Positions 29,865 to 40,348 are shown, counted from the first letter of the stretch. The stretch is DNA of 64,000 nucleotides from Nitrosopumilales archaeon (GCA_044507735.1 JBIQJB010000001.1:160001-224000); one strand, 5' to 3'. Notes: a model not told the origin generated them from the letters alone. Numbers and translations are program-made.

Positions 29865-30671
29865 TTGATTAATATACTGCGCCACCGCCAAGATGCGTTG
29901 CACGTGAACTCGGTTGCCATACTGCTGTACAGAAACCTAGTGGCATCAGTTGACAAGGTTTTTCTGATCTGGCAAGTGGTTTTCCCAATCATCTACATAT
30001 TTGTCGCCGGATATTCTTATTCTGCCCTGCTTGGTGAAGGGGGAATTACTATAGGCTCTACGAGCGTCGCATATCCCGCATTCCTGACAGCTGGTATGAT
30101 CGGCTTTAACATGATGAACAGCAGCACGATTGCCGGCAGCATAGTGTGGAACGACAGGCGCAACGGCATGTTCCAGCAGATATTGGTGATGCCATTTGCA
30201 AGAATGGAGTATGTGGCAGGTAGCATCATTACCATAATGCTTATGGGGCTTGCAAGCGCCGGCCTCATTCTGGTCGCCGGCTCGCCCACGCTTGTTGGAG
30301 TCGCTGTGCCGACCTTAGTTGGTTCTCTCTACGTGCTATATGCTCTGATAACCGGCGCGATATTCTTTGGATCTATCGCGATAATAATATCAACTCGTCT
30401 GCGGAGCAACGAGGGCTTTAACGTCATCGTCAACAGCGTATTCCTGTTCTTTTCATTCGTCAGCACTGCATTCTATCCTGGAGGAGGCGTGCCTGAAGGA
30501 TTGCGTACTGCATTTTACATCAACCCGCTCACCTACATCGTAGACGTTACTAGGGCCGGCATCTTTAACCAGCTCGACCCCTTTGTCAACATCGAGGTGG
30601 GCGTAATTGCGGCGTTTACGGTGTCTGCGTTCCTGCTTGCCACCCTGTCGATGATGAGGATGAAGGTCTAG
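29865..30671 (+). CDS. ABC-2 type exporter permease
   Basis: Six TM helices, DRRNGMFQQILVMP, NPLTYIVD; true start may be near 29898. Confidence 0.9.
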   Translation: MINILRHRQDALHVNSVAILLYRNLVASVDKVFLIWQVVFPIIYIFVAGYSYSALLGEGGITIGSTSVAYPAFLTAGMIGFNMMNSSTIAGSIVWNDRRNGMFQQILVMPFARMEYVAGSIITIMLMGLASAGLILVAGSPTLVGVAVPTLVGSLYVLYALITGAIFFGSIAIIISTRLRSNEGFNVIVNSVFLFFSFVSTAFYPGGGVPEGLRTAFYINPLTYIVDVTRAGIFNQLDPFVNIEVGVIAAFTVSAFLLATLSMMRMKV

Positions 30672-31618
30672 GCCTGCTGTTGCCTGCCGATTACCGAAAG
30701 GAAGACTTCTTCAAGCGTCGGCGGGTTGATGGACACATTCTCTATCTGAACTGAATTCTTGGATAACAATGCGATTATTCTTACGAGCATTTCTTGTGCA
30801 TCGGTGGAGCTTACCCTTATCGTGTCTGCTGCTGGTGTCTCCACTAGGGTACCGTCAGCTATATCTCGCCTGATGGCTGGCATGATCGACTGTGCAGTTG
30901 AATCCCTTAGCTTTATCTCCACAGACTTGACTCCCCCGTACTTTTGTTTCAGGCCTGCCGGCGTATCGGTCGCAACTATTTTGCCGTGATTTATGATCGC
31001 AATCTCATCGCACAGGTATTCTGCTTCCTCCATGATGTGTGTCGTGAAAAATACTGTCAAACCGCCATGCACGTGCTTTTTCACATAATCCAGAAGAGTG
31101 CGCCTTGCAGCCGGGTCAAGCCCTACAGTCGGTTCGTCAAGAAACAGCAAGTCCATGTCGTGCATGAACTCTCTGGCCACCTGGACACGCCTGCGCTGGC
31201 CGATCGACAGCTCGTCGTTCTTCATGTTCTTGAAGGAATCTAGGTCAAATTTCTCTAAAAGCTCTCGAGCTCTGTCGCGCCTCTTTTCAGGTGGCACGCC
31301 CCACATGAGGCCATACAGCTCTAGGGCCTTCTCTACGGTCAGGTTAGCTTCGAAGCTCGGCTCCTGGAGGACCACGCCTATCTTCCTTCTTATCTCGCGA
31401 TGGTGCTTCACGATATCTTTGCCGAATATCTGCACCGTGCCTGAAGTAGGGTGGATGAGAGTTGTAAGCACCCTCATGGTAGTTGTCTTGCCGGCACCGT
31501 TTGGCCCAAGGAAACCAAACACCTTGCCATATTCCACGTCAAATGAAATGCCATCTACTGCGTGCACCTGCCCGTAGCTCTTTCGCAAGTTTAAGACGTG
31601 GATGCAAGGTCCGTTCAT
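30668..31618 (-). CDS. ABC-2 (DrrA-like) ATP-binding protein
   Basis: GPNGAGKTT, LSIGQ, LFLDEPTVGLD, TTH, TLEEVFL. Confidence 0.93.
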   Translation of the reverse strand: MNGPCIHVLNLRKSYGQVHAVDGISFDVEYGKVFGFLGPNGAGKTTTMRVLTTLIHPTSGTVQIFGKDIVKHHREIRRKIGVVLQEPSFEANLTVEKALELYGLMWGVPPEKRRDRARELLEKFDLDSFKNMKNDELSIGQRRRVQVAREFMHDMDLLFLDEPTVGLDPAARRTLLDYVKKHVHGGLTVFFTTHIMEEAEYLCDEIAIINHGKIVATDTPAGLKQKYGGVKSVEIKLRDSTAQSIMPAIRRDIADGTLVETPAADTIRVSSTDAQEMLVRIIALLSKNSVQIENVSINPPTLEEVFLSVIGRQQQA

Positions 31619-31655
31619 ACGGAAGGTCAGAGTCTGTTACTCTATTTTTGCATTA

Positions 31656-33017
31656 TCAAAACTCAGCTGCGGCACGAGCAACCACTTCGGAAAGCGCGGG
31701 GTGAATGTGGATCGTCCTAGCAAGGCTGCGTATGTCGGCTCCAATCTTCATCGCCACCAACACTTCGTGGATAAGAATTGATGCATGGCTGCCAATAATG
31801 TGGCACCCAAGGATCTTACCCTCCCTTGATGCAAGAAGCTTGACAAACCCGTCCCTGTCTTCTATCGCCTCGCCCATCGCCGTCTTGATGTACGGGTAGA
31901 TTGCCTTTGTGTAGTGGATTTTTTCTGCCTTTAGCTGCTGCTCGGTGTAGCCTGCACCGGCAATCTGGGGTGAGGTGAAAATGGCATGGGGCATGGCTGT
32001 ATAGTCCACAGGGATTTTGCTCCCGCCGTGCGTCAGGTTATAATATGCATACTGTGCCTCGTGGTTGGCGGCGTGCTTGAAAAGGTAGCGGCCTACTGCA
32101 TCGCCCAGTGCAAAGACCCCTTTGACGTTTGTTTCAAGGTATTCGTCCACCACGATAAAGCCTCTGCTATCCGTTGCCACTCCCGTCTTTTCTAGATCAA
32201 GAGTGTCAGAGTTTGGAATTCTGCCGGTTGCGACCAAAAGCTGGTCCGACTCTAGCTCGATCTGCTTGCCGGTGTGATTCTTGGAGACAACGGTAAAAGT
32301 ATCGCCGTTCCTGCTTACCGATTCGGTATCGTATCCCAGATAGACATTGTATTTTTTCGAGAAAATTTCGGTGAACTTGTCTGCAATTTCCTCATCTTCG
32401 CTTGGCAAGAGAACGTCACGACGCTGTACAATGTTTATCTTTGTACCAAGCGAGCCAAAGAAGTGTGCCAGTTCTGCTGCAATGTATCCCCCACCGATTA
32501 TGGTCAGCACTTGCGGCTGCTTTTTGAGCCTGAGCGCTTGGTCGCTTGTCAAGAATCCTGTTCCTTCAAGGCCTTTTATCGTGGGTATTTCAGGGCGCGT
32601 CCCTGACGCTATCAGGATCCTGTCTGCTCTGATAGTTTCGCCTCCCACAGAAAGAGTCTTCTCGCCTACAAAGCTGCATTTTGCCGCAAACAGCCTTGGA
32701 TTGTCGATTTCAGAAAATGCCTCCATTATGCTGTCAGAATCTGAATCTATGATACCGTTGGTCCTGTTGACTATTCCTTCAAAATCTACAGAAATCCCAT
32801 TGTTGACATTGATGCCAAACTGGGCCGCGTTCTTGATTGTCTCTGCAACGTCTGCACTATGTATCAGCAGCTTTGACGGTATACAGCCGCGGTTGAGGCA
32901 TGTCCCGCCCATTCTGTCCTTTTCGACAATCGCGACGCGCAGGCCAGATTGGGCTGCGTAGTTTGCCACGTCCAGACCTGAGCCGCTCCCGATGACTATG
33001 AGGTCGAATTCCTGCAT
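31656..33017 (-). CDS. Class I pyridine nucleotide-disulfide oxidoreductase (dihydrolipoamide dehydrogenase / mycothione reductase-like)
   Basis: GSGSG, GGTCLNRGCIPSK, GGGYIAAE, HIHPALSE. Confidence 0.9.
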   Translation of the reverse strand: MQEFDLIVIGSGSGLDVANYAAQSGLRVAIVEKDRMGGTCLNRGCIPSKLLIHSADVAETIKNAAQFGINVNNGISVDFEGIVNRTNGIIDSDSDSIMEAFSEIDNPRLFAAKCSFVGEKTLSVGGETIRADRILIASGTRPEIPTIKGLEGTGFLTSDQALRLKKQPQVLTIIGGGYIAAELAHFFGSLGTKINIVQRRDVLLPSEDEEIADKFTEIFSKKYNVYLGYDTESVSRNGDTFTVVSKNHTGKQIELESDQLLVATGRIPNSDTLDLEKTGVATDSRGFIVVDEYLETNVKGVFALGDAVGRYLFKHAANHEAQYAYYNLTHGGSKIPVDYTAMPHAIFTSPQIAGAGYTEQQLKAEKIHYTKAIYPYIKTAMGEAIEDRDGFVKLLASREGKILGCHIIGSHASILIHEVLVAMKIGADIRSLARTIHIHPALSEVVARAAAEF

Positions 33018-33134
33018 GAACCCTTATCCATGATATTTCAGATAAGTGTGATCGTGCTGTTGCGTCGCTATCAAAGATATATTAGCAAGTAACTGGTAAT
33101 GGTCTTTTCATAAGCGGAGGCTTGAAGAAAAAGC

Positions 33135-34586
33135 TTGTCATCGTCACCGTCCCATGATTTCAAGGGGATGCTGGAAATAATGCTCAGCCAAAGGCCCGAG
33201 CTCACCCCGGAACAGGTGAGGGACATGATAGACGAAAAAAAGCGAAAGGTGGGTGCAGGCTACCTTACGGATCAGGGTGCTCTGTTTCTGGTAGCTGCCG
33301 ACCTCGGGATATCATTTGAAAACGTGCCAAAGAGTCAATCAGGCCTCAAGGACATTTACATAGGAGCAAAAGAAGTTACGGTCGTAGGTAGAATAATGAA
33401 TGTCTACCCTGTGCACACGTTTACAAAGAGGGAGAGCAACGAACAGGCAGTAACCCGGACACTTGTAGTCTACGACAAGGATGCAAGGGTGAAAGTGAAA
33501 TTGTGGGACAAGCAAGTTGCGGTGCCCGACGAGATGGGGCTGCGGGCGGGCGACGTCATCAAGATAGTCAAGGGCTATGTGAGGGCGGGACTCGATGGCA
33601 AGCCGGTGATCAACTTGGGCAGTTATAGCGCAATCGAGACTGTGCCGGACGACACCGCCATACCAAATATCGAGTCGCTCGAAACTACGGTCGACGCTAT
33701 CGACGGGCCGCAGGATAGCGCTGTTATTAATGGCGTCATTGCAAGCAATCCCCGGATCAGCGAGTTTGTTAACCTCCGAGGAGAGATAAGCAAGTCGCTC
33801 CAGCTGCAGGTATCAAACGACTCTGGCAGCCGCACCCTCCGAGCCGTGATCTGGAATGTTGACGAAACAAGGCTGCCGAAGGTCTTCAAGCCAGGTGCCA
33901 AGGTGCGCATGATAGGTGTTCGTGTGAAGCAGGGTAACCCGCAGTACGGCAACGGAGACTTTGAAATACACGGAGACGAAGGCACAATACTGCAGTTCTC
34001 TGAAACGCAGGAGGATGTCGAGGTCATGCCACTCAGAATCGTTTCTGTAGGCGAGGAAACCGGCAGGGGCAGCTTTCTATGTCTTGCGGTAGACAGGGCC
34101 GGCAGATCTCTTATTTTGACAGTCGATAACACTCTCACTAGCTCTGATTCGCTAGGTCCAGGTACAATGATCGAATGTGTTCCCTCCCGAATTTTCGGTA
34201 ACTCAGTCGTGCTGTCAAAGGATGATTCATACATCAGGATTACTGATGATGACAAGTCTTTTCCAAAGCTGGAGAAGTTTGAGAAAAAGATCAAGGACAT
34301 TCAGGCGTCGCAAGATACTTGTATTGTTGAAGCTATCGTGTTGCAGGCTCCAGAGACTACAGACGTCAACACAAAGACAGGAGAAACAGTGTCCGTCGCG
34401 TCAACATTGCTGGGCGATGACACTGGCGAAATCCGGCTGGTTGGCTGGCGCAACCAAAGCGCCGCAGTCGCCAAACTGAACGTTGGCGACAGGATCAAAT
34501 TCTCTGGAGTTACTGCTGCAAATGGCCGCGATGGTAAAGCTGAGCTGACGCTCAGACCTTATTCGTCCGTGACAAAGTTAACCTAA
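33135..34586 (+). CDS. rpa: Replication protein A / multi-OB-fold ssDNA-binding protein
   Basis: N-terminal GYLTDQGALFLVAADLG; repeated OB folds (VKVKLWD, RAVIWN, DDTGEIRLVGW). Confidence 0.85.
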   Translation: MSSSPSHDFKGMLEIMLSQRPELTPEQVRDMIDEKKRKVGAGYLTDQGALFLVAADLGISFENVPKSQSGLKDIYIGAKEVTVVGRIMNVYPVHTFTKRESNEQAVTRTLVVYDKDARVKVKLWDKQVAVPDEMGLRAGDVIKIVKGYVRAGLDGKPVINLGSYSAIETVPDDTAIPNIESLETTVDAIDGPQDSAVINGVIASNPRISEFVNLRGEISKSLQLQVSNDSGSRTLRAVIWNVDETRLPKVFKPGAKVRMIGVRVKQGNPQYGNGDFEIHGDEGTILQFSETQEDVEVMPLRIVSVGEETGRGSFLCLAVDRAGRSLILTVDNTLTSSDSLGPGTMIECVPSRIFGNSVVLSKDDSYIRITDDDKSFPKLEKFEKKIKDIQASQDTCIVEAIVLQAPETTDVNTKTGETVSVASTLLGDDTGEIRLVGWRNQSAAVAKLNVGDRIKFSGVTAANGRDGKAELTLRPYSSVTKLT

Positions 34587-34615
34587 ATTAGCCGCAGGCT
34601 GCTCTTCTCGTAATA

Positions 34616-35872
34616 TTGGTAGGAGTAGGCTCAGTGGAGACGAGTATCGAGCGGCAGGCAAGCGAACTGAAAGCAATGGTTCGCAATCAATCTTCTAGAA
34701 CTGACGAAAACTTCAAAGTCGGAGTTGAAATTGAGATCTGTCTAATCGATGCTAATGGCATGCCCGTCAATGCCAAACCAGCGATCGAGCGGCTCCGAAA
34801 GTACCATGATGTAGATTATGAATACGGAAAATGCCAGATGGAATACAAGACCGAGCCTGTTTCCTTTGACAGGCTAATTCGCCTCAATTCGCAGTTTGAG
34901 GAGTTTATAGAACACCTTGACATGGTCGTGAACAAGGTATACCAACGCGATGTTATTCCTGTGTTCCTTGGGGCAAACCCCTCCCCATATGTCCTTGAGG
35001 ATGGCTTGATAACGAAAAAACCACGCTACCTGCAGCTGGCAAGGTGGCAGAAAAAGATGCATGATGTTGAAATCGATGGTCAAAAGATCAAGGCACTCCA
35101 CGCCGCTGCAGCGATACAGGGATTCCATCTGCATCTTCAAGGCAAGAACCCCAAGTTTACGGCTCAGATGTTCAATCACATTTTGAACCTAATTCCCGCT
35201 GCCATACTTCTTGGAGCCAACAGTAGGCTTTTTGCAGGTAGGGTGTACTCGATGCACGAACCTCGGATTTATCTCTACGATCAAACAGAGCAGCAAAACT
35301 CGGGCTTTCCCGGCATAACGAGATACCTTGAAGGCGTCGAGGACTATATTGACTATATCGCATCGAGAGAGCCCGTTATTGCCAAGGACTATTTTGGGCT
35401 TGTAAAGGAGAGACACGACGATGCTCGCATCCGTTTGAACACTGGGTTTTACCGAGTGGAGACAAGGGTCATGTCAGTCCAGCCCACGCCCCGGACAATG
35501 ATGGCACTCATCGAGTTCTTTGCGGGCTACCTTCACCGGGCAATCCATGATGAGAGGGCACTGCGGCCGCTGGCATCTGTAAGGGAGGAGCGGCAAGCCG
35601 TGGTGAGATCGGGCTATAACGCCAAGACACACTTTAACATCGTTGAGACGGTAAGGAACCAGCTCGATTACGCTAGGAAGGGGCTTGCAGATCTTGGCAC
35701 AAAGCCTGACTTTCTTAACATCCTTGAAAAGAGGCTTGAAAACAGGACGACGGCAGGTGAATACGTTGCAAAGCTGTGGCAATCAAAATACAATGGCGAC
35801 GTGGAGCGCACACTGCAGGAAGTTGTATGGTACGTATGGCAAAAATCAAAGATCAATAGCCCCTTTGTGTAG
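34616..35872 (+). CDS. Glutamate-cysteine ligase family 2 (GCS2/YbdK-like)
   Basis: VGVEIE, QMEYKT, GFHLHLQ, ANSRLFAG, RVETRV. Confidence 0.82.
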   Translation: MVGVGSVETSIERQASELKAMVRNQSSRTDENFKVGVEIEICLIDANGMPVNAKPAIERLRKYHDVDYEYGKCQMEYKTEPVSFDRLIRLNSQFEEFIEHLDMVVNKVYQRDVIPVFLGANPSPYVLEDGLITKKPRYLQLARWQKKMHDVEIDGQKIKALHAAAAIQGFHLHLQGKNPKFTAQMFNHILNLIPAAILLGANSRLFAGRVYSMHEPRIYLYDQTEQQNSGFPGITRYLEGVEDYIDYIASREPVIAKDYFGLVKERHDDARIRLNTGFYRVETRVMSVQPTPRTMMALIEFFAGYLHRAIHDERALRPLASVREERQAVVRSGYNAKTHFNIVETVRNQLDYARKGLADLGTKPDFLNILEKRLENRTTAGEYVAKLWQSKYNGDVERTLQEVVWYVWQKSKINSPFV

Positions 35873-35937
35873 CCGTGGTTTATGCAATGCCCTGGCAATA
35901 TTGTTCCTTTTAACCAGAACGACTCTGTGTGTCTGGG

Positions 35938-38745
35938 CTAGTCTGCCCAAAAGCCCCTGGTGATAACATACTGCCTTTCCGCTTCGTAAATGCTCTTGTA
36001 CGCCTGTTCTTCATCAACATAATTGCGCAGGATTCTTGCGGCAGTATCAGCACCGACACCATGACCCGACAGGACGACGATCGCCTTCTTGCCAAAGTTG
36101 TTGACAAGAGACGCAACCTTCCACGCTCGCTCAAACTTGTGGTTCTGCTCTGGCGTGAGCTTGCCCCCTGCAAGCCTGGTACGAATTATTCTGGACATAT
36201 CGTCGTCAGACCAGAAAGTCGCTGTGATGAGGCGGGACCTGCAATATGGACATGAGATCTCCTCCGGCACATCCTTTGTTTCCATCACCCGCTCCCACTT
36301 GCCACACCTGATGCATACCAGCCGGTGCTTTGTCTTCTCCAACCGCTCCTTTACGAGTTCAATAACACCTCTTTCAAGACTGAGCGGCATTGCGCCGGCC
36401 ATTTTGCCGGAATGCTCTATTATCGTCTTTGCAAGGTCGGAAAATTCGCGCACTTCAATCCAGTGAATCCTGATTTTTTTCTCCTTGATGTCATCAAGCA
36501 CCTGTTGCGTCTGATGTATATCGTACTTGTCATGAACCAGCTCCCTTATCGATTCCGAGCTAACCGGTGTCTTGGCATACCTATCGTAAATCATGCGTGC
36601 AACCTTCTTGTCATACACTGCTTCCTTGCTTATCATGCCAAAGCGCTTGGCAACCGTCCAGACCTTCCAGTTGATGTTGTGTGTACCGGTCAGGGCTGCA
36701 ATTATCACGGGCTCAAGATCGTAAACGTCATTCAATGCGGCTTCCAGCCTGCCCTGTACAATCCTGGCGCTTGAGGTAAGCATTATCCGGTAGGCGTCCG
36801 ATCTCGATTCGACGACATAGCCAAGCTGAGAGGACAAGATAGTTGACAATAGCGATGCGATTGTATTGTTCACCTTTGATCCAAATACAGAATGAATTAC
36901 GAGCACGTTGCGAGCGATATTGCTTTCAACAACAACGTTCTTTGAATCCGGGATTACATTGAGCGCCTTCTTTGTTTCTTCAATTACCGGCGTAGACAAC
37001 CTTATTTGCCCACTTGCCGCCTGAGCGCGTATCTCTCCAACTTCTTCAGCTGTCTTGTAGTCAACGGGAATCATTTCTCCAACCCAGTACGGAATATTGA
37101 TGGCCGCCCCGCGCAAGGGCTCGACATTCATTACCAGCCTCCCTTCGTCTACAGAGAGCACGCGCCACTGTGATCCCTTGAGCACAAAGACGTTCCCCTT
37201 TTCACCATAATCGCCGACAAACTGCTGGTCAAGCGTACCTATCCTTCGCTTGCTAATCGAGTCAATGACTTCGAATTTCAATACGTGCGGAATCATGGAG
37301 AGGTTTTCAAAATAATACTTGTACGCCTTAATCTTTCGGGCGTATGTGCGGTTTTCTCGATCGTATTTTATGATGTTGTGGCCTGCTAGAATTTCAAGAC
37401 AGCTCTCGACATCAAACAGGCTTATGTTGCGGAAAGGGTATGCACGCGTCACTAGATCGTGTGCATAATCTACTCTGATAGGATCACGGGTCTGCATTGC
37501 AAGTCCGACAAGGTGGTGGGCCATTGCGTCCAGTGCCCCCTCGTGCATTTTTTGTTCCTCTATGGATCTCTTTTTCATTCTTCGAATGATGGCAAGCGCC
37601 TCGATTTCGTCATCAGGGTTGTTGACAACCACAAGACCTTTGGCAAAAGTCCTCTGGCTGTGCCTGCTCCTGCCAATTCTCTGCATGAGCTTTGACACCT
37701 GCCTGGGCGATCCATAATGAATAACGAGATCGACAGAGCCAATGTCAAGACCGAGTTCAAGCGAGCTAGTACAAACCACGATGCCAGCCTCACCAGAGCG
37801 CAATGTATGCTCTGTTTCTTCTCGCATTTCTTTAGAGAGTGAACCGTGGTGAACGTCTACCTTGATCTCGTCCTGGTTTTTCAGTATTGTGCCAAGATAC
37901 TCTGCCTCGTCGCGGGTGTTTGTAAACAACAGGATCGAGCCTTCGACCTTTTCCTTCTTTACATATTCAAGAATGAAATGTGCAACATTGTTGAGTGATC
38001 CCTTGACGAAATGGACGTCAATGTCATACCCCCTGCTCGCTGTGTCTACCAACACTGCGCTTTTCCTGTCTGTACCTGAAACAAACTGTGCTGCCTGCTT
38101 CAAGTTACCTACAGTGGCTGAGAGCCCGATCCTTGCTACATTTTGTGTTGATGCAGCTTGCAGGCGCTCAAGGCTCAGAGACAGATGCGCGCCCCGTTCG
38201 TTTGCCACAAGCTCGTGCACTTCGTCAACGATGACCCACTGCAAGCCTTTCAGGGCCGCGAGCATCTTTTCGTTTGTGAGCACTACAGCTAGCGACTCGG
38301 GTGTTGTGATCAGGACATCAGGTGGGTCTTCAACTATTTTCTTTCGTGCCGCGGCAGTAGTGTCCCCGTGGCGGATCTCCACTCGCAGGCCTTCAGAATG
38401 TGCATAGCGCACTACCCTTCTCAGCACATCGTTGTTGAGGGCTCGAAGAGGCGTGATGTATATTGCCCTTATATTGCCCGGGCTCTTGTGGTGTGCAAGC
38501 ATCGTGAAAACTGGCAAGACAGCCGCTTCGGTCTTGCCTGAACCAGTAGGGGCTACAAGCAGACAGTTTACCCTTCTGGCAATGACCGGAAGAGCCTTGT
38601 ACTGAATGGTGGTTAGGGATGTAAAGCCTTCCTTACGGAATTTTTCAATTACAAGCTGCTCTTCGGCGTGGTCACTTTTCAGTGTCTGCAGCTGTTCTGG
38701 ATTGATGCTGCTGCTCTCGTTTTTGCTTCTGAGCTGATCTTTCAT
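35938..38745 (-). CDS. lhr: Lhr-like DEAD/H helicase
   Basis: APTGSGKT, TPLRALNND, DEVHEL, HHGSLS, QRIGRS; C-terminal CxxC...CPxC. Confidence 0.93.
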   Translation of the reverse strand: MKDQLRSKNESSSINPEQLQTLKSDHAEEQLVIEKFRKEGFTSLTTIQYKALPVIARRVNCLLVAPTGSGKTEAAVLPVFTMLAHHKSPGNIRAIYITPLRALNNDVLRRVVRYAHSEGLRVEIRHGDTTAAARKKIVEDPPDVLITTPESLAVVLTNEKMLAALKGLQWVIVDEVHELVANERGAHLSLSLERLQAASTQNVARIGLSATVGNLKQAAQFVSGTDRKSAVLVDTASRGYDIDVHFVKGSLNNVAHFILEYVKKEKVEGSILLFTNTRDEAEYLGTILKNQDEIKVDVHHGSLSKEMREETEHTLRSGEAGIVVCTSSLELGLDIGSVDLVIHYGSPRQVSKLMQRIGRSRHSQRTFAKGLVVVNNPDDEIEALAIIRRMKKRSIEEQKMHEGALDAMAHHLVGLAMQTRDPIRVDYAHDLVTRAYPFRNISLFDVESCLEILAGHNIIKYDRENRTYARKIKAYKYYFENLSMIPHVLKFEVIDSISKRRIGTLDQQFVGDYGEKGNVFVLKGSQWRVLSVDEGRLVMNVEPLRGAAINIPYWVGEMIPVDYKTAEEVGEIRAQAASGQIRLSTPVIEETKKALNVIPDSKNVVVESNIARNVLVIHSVFGSKVNNTIASLLSTILSSQLGYVVESRSDAYRIMLTSSARIVQGRLEAALNDVYDLEPVIIAALTGTHNINWKVWTVAKRFGMISKEAVYDKKVARMIYDRYAKTPVSSESIRELVHDKYDIHQTQQVLDDIKEKKIRIHWIEVREFSDLAKTIIEHSGKMAGAMPLSLERGVIELVKERLEKTKHRLVCIRCGKWERVMETKDVPEEISCPYCRSRLITATFWSDDDMSRIIRTRLAGGKLTPEQNHKFERAWKVASLVNNFGKKAIVVLSGHGVGADTAARILRNYVDEEQAYKSIYEAERQYVITRGFWAD

Positions 38746-38830
38746 AAACCATTACTGCAAACAGGCCAGCGATAAACAGCCCAACCGCGACGAGCGCGTA
38801 GCTGTCGAAGTTCGCGATTTCTCCTGCCAT
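38672..38830 (-). CDS. Small single-TM protein (52 aa) overlapping the 5' end of lhr (not in ORF track)
   Basis: MAGEIANFDSYALVAVGLFIAGLFAVMVYERSAQKQKREQQHQSRTAADTEK*; TATATTTAT ~25-30 nt upstream. Confidence 0.5.
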   Translation of the reverse strand: MAGEIANFDSYALVAVGLFIAGLFAVMVYERSAQKQKREQQHQSRTAADTEK

Positions 38831-39096
38831 TTGCTGTTAGTCAATATATGTCAAATAAATATATATCCTTGCACCATCCGTTCCGCGGTTTTTCACCCTT
38901 TTATTGAGAGTGGGCTAGGATGGTACGAGGAGAAATTAATCGCCCTGCCAGAGCGTGACTCCAGCACGTGTAGCAGGAGCGACTATGTGTATGTTCGTCC
39001 GTATAGGGATACGAAAGTGGGTCTGGTCTTCGACTTAAAACTGTAGATCGCATACATTGCTAAAAGCCTCGTGGATCTATGGTCTAGCTGGAAACT

Positions 39097-39285
39097 CTAT
39101 CCCGCTTCTTCCAAGTCCTGCTTGGTCAGGCGCTGTGGCCACTTTGATTCAGCCAGCTGCTTCAGCTTTTGGCTTCGGGCCATAATGAAGATAATAATGC
39201 CCATCAAGAATATGGTTACTGCGAGCACCAGTAGGCCTACGACCAGAAATTCCATGGTGTCTGCCGTAACATCCGCCAGCATCAT
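39097..39285 (-). CDS. Small single-TM protein (62 aa)
   Basis: MMLADVTADTMEFLVVGLLVLAVTIFLMGIIIFIMARSQKLK... Confidence 0.55.
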   Translation of the reverse strand: MMLADVTADTMEFLVVGLLVLAVTIFLMGIIIFIMARSQKLKQLAESKWPQRLTKQDLEEAG

Positions 39286-39382
39286 ATTTAGGAGGTTTTG
39301 CGGAAGGTAATGGCTAGTCCCGCGGAAGGTTACGCATTGGTTATATCTATTTATGAGGAGCCCCCCGCAAGAAATATGCACC

Positions 39383-39862
39383 ATGCGTCAGAGGACATTG
39401 CTCATCGCGGGGCTTGCTGCCGTTGGGGTGGCTATTGCAATAGCCGTGCCGATGGCGATACTGGCCATGCAGAGTTCGCATCAACTAAGATTCGAGTATG
39501 TCAAGTCTGGCGGCATCGCAGGAATCACTGAAAGGCTTGCTTTTGATTCGGGAAATGGCACGACAATTTCGTTCTATCAAAGCACCATGAACACTACTGA
39601 AGAGAGGCTGCTGTCTGAATCTCAGGTGCAGGAACTGAGGCAGACAATAGCAGGCAGCGGTTTCTTTACGTTTGACAGCGCTTATACTGCAAGGCAAGGT
39701 CCGGCAGACTATTTCTCCTACACGCTCAACATTACAATGGACGGAAGGACGCATTCGGTTTCTTGGGTCGATGACTTTGCTGCGGCGGAGCCAGTTCCTG
39801 AGGGCCTGAAGAACATCGTGAGCGAAATGGAGCAGACGTTCTCTGCTGCACAACCAGCTTGA
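39383..39862 (+). CDS. Membrane-anchored emfourin-like (protealysin inhibitor) protein
   Basis: SGGIAGI...ADYFSYTLNITMDGRTHSVSW.D...VPEGL pattern after an N-terminal TM/signal segment. Confidence 0.7.
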   Translation: MRQRTLLIAGLAAVGVAIAIAVPMAILAMQSSHQLRFEYVKSGGIAGITERLAFDSGNGTTISFYQSTMNTTEERLLSESQVQELRQTIAGSGFFTFDSAYTARQGPADYFSYTLNITMDGRTHSVSWVDDFAAAEPVPEGLKNIVSEMEQTFSAAQPA

Positions 39863-40348
39863 ATGGCAGATTATTGGTGATTATCAGGCTGCGCAGGTTG
39901 CTCGCTTATTATTAACACTCCAGAGTCTCTTGTAGTAGTAATTGTTCCCATTCTGCTTTTCGCGAGTGGGTCATATGCCCATTGCCACGCCATCATTGCG
40001 CTATCACTCCCAATGTTCCGGTCGGATGTGAGCATCGTCAACGTCCTGCTGACATATCCATCCCAAAACATGCTTACCCTGACAGTCCCGGATTGACCAT
40101 ATTATTCTCCACTCTAGTGATGAAATTGTATGCGTGGTCAAGCTAGATCGGTCCAACGCGCCGCCGATTCGCCCATCACAGCTTGTGCCACGGCAGACTA
40201 CAAATAGGCCTCTACGGTGATGATAAGAGGCTCGCAGCTGCTGACCGATCCCCCCCCTTTGAGAGGAATCTGGAACGATCTGGGTGGGCAATACCATAGC
40301 GCTGTAGGAATGCGAATTTGCAACTTGCTTTTCAAGCAGCCTGCACAG

